A stretch of DNA of 64,000 nt from Pyrinomonadaceae bacterium (lineage in GTDB: Bacteria; Acidobacteriota; Blastocatellia; Pyrinomonadales; Pyrinomonadaceae). Shown piece by piece: positions 57,712-64,000 of the stretch. The stretch spans positions 4,094 to 68,093 of the forward strand of contig DASYFE010000218.1 in the NCBI GenBank assembly GCA_036498585.1, read 5' to 3'. Under the pieces are notes generated by a model that saw nothing but the letters and a program-made list of their open reading frames with translations, ran no database searches and was not told the origin of the DNA. Position 1 is the stretch's first letter. Each line of letters begins with the position of its first letter. Position numbers and translations under genes: made by a program.

Positions 57712-58746
57712 ATGAAGCCTAAGCACCTAACCACAACAACCTTTTTCTGTCTCCTCCTCGCATTAGGACTGTTCATCAACGCCATGGCCCAAAGAGGGCA
57801 GGACGCGGCGGCTGAGTCGAATTACCGGCTTTCCGGTCCATACACTCACGGCAATCTGACCGTGTTTCTCGTCCACGGAAAGGATTTGACTAGCAAGACC
57901 TTCCTCACGCTTCAGGAAGCTCTCGCGCAAAAGAAGGTCAGGGTTTATGAAACCAAAGACGTGAACGAGCTTGCCATCAGAAATCTTTCGAACCAGGACA
58001 TCTACGTTCAAGCCGGCGATATCGTGCGCGGCGGCGATCAGGACCGCATGATCTCGATCGACTTTATCGTTCCGCCAAACTCAGGCCGCATGCCGATCGC
58101 GGCGTTCTGTGTCGAATCGGGACGTTGGAGCAAACGTGGAAACGAGGAAAATGCGTTATTCGACAGCTCTGAAAACATGATCGCCGGGAAGGATCTCAAG
58201 CTCGCGGCTAAACGAGAGCGGTCGCAGGAAGCCGTTTGGAAGAACGTCAGCGTTGCGCAGGAGAAGTTAAGTGCGAACGTTGGCGGCAACGTGCAGGCTA
58301 CCGCGTCAGCGTCGAGTCTTGAGTTGACGGTTGAGAATGCGAAAGTGAAAGAAAACACGGAAGCCTACATCAAGGCGCTTTCCGGAATACTGCAAAACAA
58401 GTCAGACGTGATTGGTTATGTCTTTGCGATTAACGGACACGTCAACAGCGCGGACGTTTACGCTTCACGCGCATTGTTCGCGAAGCTCTGGCCCAAGTTG
58501 CTGAAGGCGAGCGCGGTCGAAGCGGTGGCGGAGTTGAATAAAGACGCCGCAGCGTCGCCGGTCGTGAGTGAGGTCGTGCATACATTTCTCACAGACTCAG
58601 AGAAGGCGCGGGCCGAAGAGCGACAAGTCACGCGGCGCGTGAAGGTCGTGACGCGAGAAGACGAGAAGAACATCTTCTTCGAAACCCAGGACCGTGCGGC
58701 AAACGATGGCTGGGTTCATCGAAACTACATCCGTAAAGAGCAGTGA
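57712..58746 (+). CDS. secreted DUF6569 / ARPP-1-like domain protein
   Basis: It has a signal peptide (MKPKHLTTTTFFCLLLALGLFINAMAQ). The N-terminal block HGNLTVFLVHG...LTLQEAL...VRVYE...VNELAIRNLSNQDIYVQAGDIVRGGDQDRMI...IAAFCVESGRW matches my memory of the DUF6569/ARPP-1 signature (GxKQNR ... CxExxRW). This was not verified by search. I prefer ATG 57712 (AGGAG 7 nt upstream) over the track start 57673. Confidence 0.55.
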   Translation: MKPKHLTTTTFFCLLLALGLFINAMAQRGQDAAAESNYRLSGPYTHGNLTVFLVHGKDLTSKTFLTLQEALAQKKVRVYETKDVNELAIRNLSNQDIYVQAGDIVRGGDQDRMISIDFIVPPNSGRMPIAAFCVESGRWSKRGNEENALFDSSENMIAGKDLKLAAKRERSQEAVWKNVSVAQEKLSANVGGNVQATASASSLELTVENAKVKENTEAYIKALSGILQNKSDVIGYVFAINGHVNSADVYASRALFAKLWPKLLKASAVEAVAELNKDAAASPVVSEVVHTFLTDSEKARAEERQVTRRVKVVTREDEKNIFFETQDRAANDGWVHRNYIRKEQ

Positions 58747-58755
58747 GATCTTCAT

Positions 58756-58795
58756 CCACAGATTACACAGATAAAAATCCGCGTAATCTGTGGCT
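58756..58795. repeat. family-C palindromic repeat
   Basis: CCACAGATTACACAGATAAAAATCCGCGTAATCTGTGGCT. Confidence 0.85.
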
Positions 58796-58807
58796 AAAAA
58801 CCGCAAA

Positions 58808-58838
58808 GGCGAGCGACTGTTCACAAGGTCGCTCGTCA
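58808..58838 (+). terminator. hairpin / possible terminator after the DUF6569-like gene
   Basis: A GGCGAGCGAC / GTCGCTCGTC stem with one G-U pair is followed by ATTGCTTT. Confidence 0.4.
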
Positions 58839-58960
58839 TTGCTTTAGGGGTGAGGGGTATGTCGCGCGTGGGGTGTTTATTCAATGCGACGCTTCAATGG
58901 TTATGACTTTAGCGGCTCAAACATTTCAGAAATATTTTTAGGCGGTTGGTTAGTGAGGAC

Positions 58961-59746
58961 TTACTCGATTACACGGAAAGAATATTTCTCGATAAACTCG
59001 TCGGCGCCAGATTCCCGCACGCCACTCAACTTCAATTCATAATCACCCGGACTCAGAACCTCTCCAGTGATAGTGACCGGAACAATGTACTGCTGGCCCT
59101 TGGGTTCCACTCTTAACTCCCCATGGGTCTGCACTGACTTGTTTTCCCGAAACAGCTCAGACTTGTAGTTTCGAAAGCTCGGGTTTGCCAGCTCGAGCTC
59201 CAGTTTTAAGTCGTACCCTTTAGGTGGAACGTTCACTCGTGGCGCAGCCGCGGCTGCAAGCGTGACCACAACCACCGGCTCGTCGCGCTGCTGGGCCAAA
59301 CGCGACTGCGGTCTTCTGTAGCCCAACCAGCACAGCAAAGCTACGCCGAGCAGAACCACGCCTGCGACGCTAAACACCATCACTGGCCGGCCAGCCGCAG
59401 GCAACATAGAAAAGGTCAAAGATTTTTTCGCGGGAGCGCTATTTTCGACGTGAGGTATTACGGCGGCGGCTGGATTCGAGTTCACATAGCGTTTCAGCAA
59501 TTGCCCGAAGCGCAGGTTCTTTTGACGTTCAGCCGTGATCAGGAAGTGAGTCTCAAACTGCCGGCGTTCGTGTTCGGAGAGAGCACCGGCTGCGTATTGA
59601 TCGATCAACTCTTCTTCAACGAGCAAAAGTTCTTCGTAAGTCTCGGGCGCAGAAAGAACCTGCTCTTCCAACTGCGTTTTGCGATCGGCATCCAAAACGC
59701 CCAACAAATAGCTTCTTACCTCTTGTTTGTCAGCGGTGAGATTCAA
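58961..59746 (-). CDS. anti-sigma-like membrane protein (anti-sigma-2)
   Basis: Its N-terminus (VRSYLLGVLD...EELIDQYAAGAL...FETHFL) is a paralog of anti-sigma-1. One TM follows (VMVFSVAGVVLLGVALLCWLGY), then a beta-rich ectodomain of about 100 aa with no TPR. Confidence 0.7.
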   Translation of the reverse strand: MNLTADKQEVRSYLLGVLDADRKTQLEEQVLSAPETYEELLLVEEELIDQYAAGALSEHERRQFETHFLITAERQKNLRFGQLLKRYVNSNPAAAVIPHVENSAPAKKSLTFSMLPAAGRPVMVFSVAGVVLLGVALLCWLGYRRPQSRLAQQRDEPVVVVTLAAAAAPRVNVPPKGYDLKLELELANPSFRNYKSELFRENKSVQTHGELRVEPKGQQYIVPVTITGEVLSPGDYELKLSGVRESGADEFIEKYSFRVIE

Positions 59747-59803
59747 ATTGTGTCTCCGGCAACAGGTACTTCTGATCTTTATGACTGTAGAGCGCCACTT
59801 ATT

Positions 59804-60358
59804 TCATCCAAGTGAGCGCTCGATACACTTCTCCACACACTCTTTCAGGCCCATCCGAATACGATAAACCCGAATACGCAAAGCATTTGGAGCGATTCCG
59901 AGCTCTTCTGCGAGGGCGCGTCGATGTTCTGTTTCCGCGGGACCAGCCGCGCCGTGATACCGCAGCAGCAGCTCGCGATGCTCTTTGCTTAGTCGCTCGA
60001 TACAGCGTTCGAGACAACTATATTCCAACTCGATCCGGTCTGGATCGGTTGTTGGAGGCGGCGCAGGCTGAGGGAGTTTCCGCCTCAGGTGTTCAAGATG
60101 AACTTTGTTAGCGACGCCGAAGAAGTAGCGTGTGCGGTCGCCGCTAAATTCTTTTTCGATTTCTTTGAGCTTGCTGGTGACGCGGTTAATTGTTTCGTCG
60201 GCGAGGTCTTCGGGCTCGACGCACCCGCGCCCGGTGAAGATCTTGATCAGGCTGCGCCTGATTTTCTCGTACTTAAGGGCGGCTTGTTCGCGATCGGAAT
60301 CAAGCCAATCAAGCAACGCGTCAAAAGCTTCCTGTGACAATTCCCAATCTTTGTTCAT
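59804..60358 (-). CDS. ECF-like sigma-70 family sigma factor (sigma-2)
   Basis: It starts MNKDWELSQEAFDALLDWL and has a region-2-like segment DLADETINRV. The region-4-like HTH is LAEELGIAPNALRIRVYRIRMGL. It lies directly upstream of anti-sigma-2. Confidence 0.8.
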   Translation of the reverse strand: MNKDWELSQEAFDALLDWLDSDREQAALKYEKIRRSLIKIFTGRGCVEPEDLADETINRVTSKLKEIEKEFSGDRTRYFFGVANKVHLEHLRRKLPQPAPPPTTDPDRIELEYSCLERCIERLSKEHRELLLRYHGAAGPAETEHRRALAEELGIAPNALRIRVYRIRMGLKECVEKCIERSLG

Positions 60359-60571
60359 TAGACGGCCAGACTTTTACCGAATCGTTCGGATGTGGGAGAT
60401 AGAACTTCACGGTAGCCGAGACTAATAATGGGAACTACCCTCGTTTTGGTTACGTGCTCAGAACTGAAGGGACGCAAGGATAAAACTAAAGAGCCTGGTA
60501 ACTCGCAGGCACAGTTAGCCTAATTAGGAGGGCATGTCAACGATAAATTTTATGGGGCAAATTGCCGCACA

Positions 60572-60666
60572 CCCCTCTGCGTAGCCTCTGTGATCTCTGC
60601 GTCTCTGCGGTTTACCAGTTATATTCACCGCCGAGGCGCAGAGATCGCAGAGGCTACGCAGAGATC
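60572..60666. repeat. family-B palindromic repeat
   Basis: CCCCTCTGCGTAGCCTCTGTGATCTCTGCGTCTCTGCGGTTT is followed by a loop and its inverted copy. Confidence 0.9.
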
Positions 60667-61293
60667 TCAATGCGTGATCTTTGTTGAGTAGAGAATGCCG
60701 TACATCGCATCTTTGTGCTGGTCGTAGCCTTTGCCGGTGGTGGCGAGCATTAGGTTGATCATCTGCACCTGACCCAAATACTTCCGGTACGCGAGCCATT
60801 GCAGACGTCGGAAGTCGTCGGGCTTTTCGGGATTCGCTTCGCGAAACTGAACACCTGTGAGCCCGTCGATCTCGACCCACTTCAATTCATCAACTTCACC
60901 ATTCTGCGCGCGCGTCTTCGCTTGATCGTAAAACGCCTGAATACTCGTGTCGGTCGGGAAGTCCGCACCCATCGGCGAGATGTTCACATTCAACGTCGCG
61001 CCATCACTGCCGCCGGGCGAACGCCAGACAAACGACTTCGATTCATTTTCGAGCTGGGTCCAGCTTGCCGGCACAGTAAACGACATACCCTGACGGTCCC
61101 ACTTCACCTGTTGGCCGCCGGAGAGCGCCGCTGTTTGCGCGGCTGTCGGTTGCCCGTGCTCAGCGGATCGCGCGCTGCCGCCGCCTGGCGCGGATGGACC
61201 AGAAGAAGCTGAGTTGGAATTCTTGAATTTACCGGCGAGGTTGCAAAGTGAAAGGGCAAAGCCGAGAAGCAGCAGGACCAGTATGTTTTTCAT
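60667..61293 (-). CDS. hypothetical lipoprotein
   Basis: It has a lipobox-type signal (MKNILVLLLLGFALSLC) and a Ser/Gly/Ala-rich linker. No domain was recognised. Confidence 0.6.
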   Translation of the reverse strand: MKNILVLLLLGFALSLCNLAGKFKNSNSASSGPSAPGGGSARSAEHGQPTAAQTAALSGGQQVKWDRQGMSFTVPASWTQLENESKSFVWRSPGGSDGATLNVNISPMGADFPTDTSIQAFYDQAKTRAQNGEVDELKWVEIDGLTGVQFREANPEKPDDFRRLQWLAYRKYLGQVQMINLMLATTGKGYDQHKDAMYGILYSTKITH

Positions 61294-61426
61294 GTTTGTC
61301 TTTTACCACAAGATTTGCGGGATTCACATAATAGATCCATCTCGTGTTATCCTATGGCCCTTCCCTTCTTAAACACCCCCTGTAAATAACGTCGCGCGCG
61401 AGCGCGAACTATTCGGAGAATGCCAT

Positions 61427-62362
61427 ATGAAACACACCGACGTCAGACCGCCGGTCTTTATGCTCGTATTAGCTATCTCAGTATTCGTTATCGCAGCGAG
61501 TGGTTGTGCGCGTGGCCCAGTTGCGAATGCAAATGTGAATACCAACATCAACACCAACGTTAATGCCAACGTCGCCGCCAACACGAACATCAACGCCAAC
61601 ACCGCGCCCTCAACATTGTCGGCGCGCGAGCCGGACGCCTACAAGGCCACGATCGTCTTTACTGCCGAAACTGAAGGAGGCGACAAAGCCCTCGGTATCC
61701 CAACGCTCTCCGCCGAAGTTGCGAAGAGCGGCAGCGATCGTCGTCTTTCGTTCAAGCTTCCAGACGGCTCTGATCTGATCTACCTGGAGCACGCAGGCGT
61801 TCAATACGGCATCGCGCCCGCGCGCAAGCAGTATGCAGAGCTGACACCGGAAGCCACGGGCTTTCAAATTCACAAGCTGATGACGCCGGGTCAACTCGTG
61901 GCGTACCTCGATAGACTTCAGGGCATCGAATTCGTCGGCGAAGAACAACAGGCGGGTCGAACAGCACTGAAATATCGCTACGCGAAAACCGCGGAAACAA
62001 AAACATCGGCCGGCGAAGTCCATACAGAATCGTTTATCTACGTCGATAAAGACACGGGATTGCCGCTGCGCGCGGAACTTTTCAGCGAAGCGAGTGGTAA
62101 TGTACAGGGAGTCAAAGGCGCGAAGGTCGTCGCAGAGATGCGCGACATTCAAACGAACCCCGATCCGAGTCTTTTCGAAATACCAGCGGGCATGAACAAA
62201 GTTTCGGAGCAGCAGGTGCGCGCGCAAGTGAACGCAGTGACAAACACGGTTGCGGCAGTGCTCAGAACGCTTTTGCAGAACATGAACACAACGCCGCAGC
62301 CTTCGGCTTCGCCGACTGCGTCAGCAACTGTGTCACCTGCGACCAGTCCAAGCCCGAGATAA
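61427..62362 (+). CDS. hypothetical lipoprotein with Asn-rich dipeptide-repeat linker
   Basis: It has a lipobox (VIAASGC) followed by ANANVNTNINTNVNANVAANTNINANTA. The globular domain may be LolA-like (weak impression), and the tail is Pro/Ser/Thr-rich. Confidence 0.6.
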   Translation: MKHTDVRPPVFMLVLAISVFVIAASGCARGPVANANVNTNINTNVNANVAANTNINANTAPSTLSAREPDAYKATIVFTAETEGGDKALGIPTLSAEVAKSGSDRRLSFKLPDGSDLIYLEHAGVQYGIAPARKQYAELTPEATGFQIHKLMTPGQLVAYLDRLQGIEFVGEEQQAGRTALKYRYAKTAETKTSAGEVHTESFIYVDKDTGLPLRAELFSEASGNVQGVKGAKVVAEMRDIQTNPDPSLFEIPAGMNKVSEQQVRAQVNAVTNTVAAVLRTLLQNMNTTPQPSASPTASATVSPATSPSPR

Positions 62363-62363
62363 A

Positions 62364-62391
62364 CACAGAACCGAGCGCGGTAGCGCCGGGT
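62364..62391. repeat. family-F solo half element
   Basis: Only one arm is present: CACAGAACCGAGCGCGGTAGCGCCGGGT. Confidence 0.85.
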
Positions 62392-62403
62392 AGGTAAAAA
62401 AAC

Positions 62404-63144
62404 ATGAAATACGTTGCCATTCTCCTAATCGGAATTTTGCTCGGCGGCGGTGCTGCGGTTTACTTCCTCGGCACGCCGTCGGCGAAGGCCGCGCCCGGTC
62501 ACGCGATTAAGCCGCCTGACCAAAGTGGAAATCAGCCGGGCGCGGTTGTGATCTCGTTGGAGCAGAGTTTTATCGACGCCGTGCTCGCGACGACGTTCAG
62601 CGGGCTCGGTACGCCAACGTTTCAGCTCGGGCAATCGCGAAATGGTGACGAGCGGATCGACCACGCGCTGTTTCAAGGCGGCTGCACAAACTCGATCACG
62701 CTCCTGCCGGAAGGCAGCGGCGTGAAGACGGGTGTGGAGTTTCGCAACGGCAACGTTTATGCGCCGATGGCGTTTACGGGAAGCTACAACCTCGCTGGCA
62801 GTTGTATGCAGTTCAAGGGTTGGGCCCAGAACAAGATCAAATTGTCGTTCGATCAGGCGAAGCAGACGGTTTTCGGATACGTCGACGTCGAGGGCGTGAA
62901 CCTCGAAGGCGTGAATCCGGTCGCGAATACGTTCGTGACTGTGTTTGTGCAGGGCGCGATCAATCAGAAGGTGAATCCACTCGTGCTCGTGAGTGAGCCG
63001 CAGTTGTCGTTGCAGATTCCGGTGAAGGCGAGCAACGGCGCGGTCAAGGCAACCGCGAAAGACGTGCGCGCCGAGATCCTTGATGGATCGTTGAAGCTTT
63101 ATCTGACTTATGAATTCAGTGGGGTAAAGGGTCAGGGGACTTAG
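62404..63144 (+). CDS. hypothetical membrane-anchored protein
   Basis: It has an N-terminal TM (MKYVAILLIGILLGGGAAVYFLG) and a beta-rich soluble domain. I prefer it over the Arg-rich antisense ORF 62425-63228. Confidence 0.55.
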   Translation: MKYVAILLIGILLGGGAAVYFLGTPSAKAAPGHAIKPPDQSGNQPGAVVISLEQSFIDAVLATTFSGLGTPTFQLGQSRNGDERIDHALFQGGCTNSITLLPEGSGVKTGVEFRNGNVYAPMAFTGSYNLAGSCMQFKGWAQNKIKLSFDQAKQTVFGYVDVEGVNLEGVNPVANTFVTVFVQGAINQKVNPLVLVSEPQLSLQIPVKASNGAVKATAKDVRAEILDGSLKLYLTYEFSGVKGQGT

Positions 63145-64000
63145 AATCCGTGTAATCAGTGGCTGTATTCGCGAGCATTCGCTGGCGCTCAAAGTGTTCT
63201 GCGATCTCTTCGGCGGTCTTTCTGCCAACGAAAGGTGTCAGCTCCGAAACACCCGCGCGTGAGATTCTTTGTATCGATCCGAAGTGCCGCAACAGCCTTC
63301 CTTTCCGTTTATCTCCAACACCAGGAATGGCAGTTAATTCGGAAGTGAAGTCGCGCAGCTCGCGGCGCTTGCGATGATAAGTAACCGCGAAACGGTGCGT
63401 CTCGTCGCGAATCATTTGCAGCAGACGGAGTATCAACGAGTGTGAGTCGAGATAGATCGGCTCGTCCTCACGACCCTTCATCAGTAGGTACGCAACGTCA
63501 TTATGTCTTTGAGGTGGTTTTACAATTCCGACCATCGGAATCGCCTCAAGCCCGAGCTCGCTCATCGCACTCCCCGCTGCATTCAACTGCGCTTTGCCAC
63601 CGTCAATCATGATCAGATCGGGTAGCGGCTTTCCTTCTTCCAGCAAGCGCCGATAACGCCGCGTCACAACCTCATTCATCGACGCAACGTCGTTTGCGCC
63701 TTCAACACTTCTGATTCTGAACTTCCGGTACTCGGAACGATTCATCTTGCCGTTGTCGCACACGACCATGCCCGCGACGTTCTCCGCGCCCTGAATGTGC
63801 GAGATATCAAACGACTCGATCCGCGCAGGAAAGTGCGGCAGCTCCAGCGTCTCCTGCAACTCCTCGAGCACGAGCTTCATGTCGGGCTTGAGAATCCGGA
63901 AGCGCTGCTCAAACGCGAGCTTTGCATTTTTGTCGACGAGATCGATCATGTCGCGTTTCTCGCCGCGTTGCGGATCGTAGATTTTGACGCGCCGGCCTTT
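63116..64000 (-). CDS. uvrC: excinuclease ABC subunit C (C-terminal part; gene runs off the window end)
   Basis: It has the endonuclease domain (IESFDISHIQG, LIMIDGGKAQL) and a C-terminal (HhH)2 (LTAIPGVGDKRKGRLLRHFGS). The frame stays open from 63949 to 64000. The last roughly 19 aa lie in or next to a family-C repeat. Confidence 0.9.
   Translation of the reverse strand, partial: KGRRVKIYDPQRGEKRDMIDLVDKNAKLAFEQRFRILKPDMKLVLEELQETLELPHFPARIESFDISHIQGAENVAGMVVCDNGKMNRSEYRKFRIRSVEGANDVASMNEVVTRRYRRLLEEGKPLPDLIMIDGGKAQLNAAGSAMSELGLEAIPMVGIVKPPQRHNDVAYLLMKGREDEPIYLDSHSLILRLLQMIRDETHRFAVTYHRKRRELRDFTSELTAIPGVGDKRKGRLLRHFGSIQRISRAGVSELTPFVGRKTAEEIAEHFERQRMLANTATDYTDSKSPDPLPH
63146..63164. repeat. 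family-C half element
   Basis: ATCCGTGTAATCAGTGGCT lies in the uvrC 3' end, 2 nt past the 62404-63144 stop. Confidence 0.7.

Noticed and set aside
51799-58746. The impression that the CHAT/orphan/S8/DUF6569 block has lower GC than its surroundings, as a horizontally acquired island.
   Set aside because: Hand counts of single 60-nt lines gave 28-32 of 60 G+C in this block. One rpoD line also gave 29 of 60, while sucA and eno lines gave 39-41 of 60. Local variation is too large to support the claim without a proper windowed GC and codon-usage analysis.
60534-60584. A 16-codon mini-ORF (MSTINFMGQIAAHPSA) after AGGAGG, in the 300-nt gap upstream of sigma-2.
   Set aside because: The SD-to-ATG spacing is only 2 nt. 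The ORF runs into a family-B repeat that supplies its stop. I have no supporting conservation evidence.

Overview
This is a gene-dense 64-kb chromosomal window with about 52 protein-coding genes on both strands. I recognised no rRNA, tRNA, CRISPR array, transposase or integrase. Gene content suggests an Acidobacteriota-like genome, but that is inference only. The supporting content is tandem carboxypeptidase-regulatory-like secreted proteins, DUF4388, TonB_C proteins, a TPR-CHAT protein, a Kgd-type fused 2-oxoglutarate dehydrogenase and a very heavy load of palindromic intergenic repeats. Housekeeping content includes kgd/sucA, ribH-nusB, hbd, mutS2, dnaG-rpoD, aroB, cdaA-cdaR-glmM, eno-gpmI, tdk and uvrC (partial). 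Main points of interest follow. (1) At 48.7-60.4 kb, two paralogous ECF-like sigma/anti-sigma pairs bracket a tight operon: membrane-anchored TPR-CHAT caspase-like protease, a 306-aa orphan protein and a signal-less S8 subtilase. A secreted DUF6569/ARPP-1-like protein follows. I cannot match this arrangement to a described system. (2) In the first sigma/anti-sigma pair, both genes carry ATC where the paralogous pair has ATG. Conserved coding sequence lies upstream of the first canonical start in both. (3) At least 33 copies of 8 families of short palindromic repeats occupy most gene 3' ends. Most are built from about 10-bp-periodic heptamer arrays, and some reach into coding sequence. (4) Smaller oddities: a minimal Hpt-HATPase (CheA-like) kinase cotranscribed with ribH-nusB; a coiled-coil gene with a perfect 21-bp (one heptad) duplication; an FHA-GAF-adenylate cyclase coupled to a divergent MreB paralog; an orphan D12 adenine methyltransferase; and an unassigned structured 300-nt intergenic region. 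All start-codon refinements, family assignments and functional ideas come from reading the sequence and ORF translations only. No searches were run.
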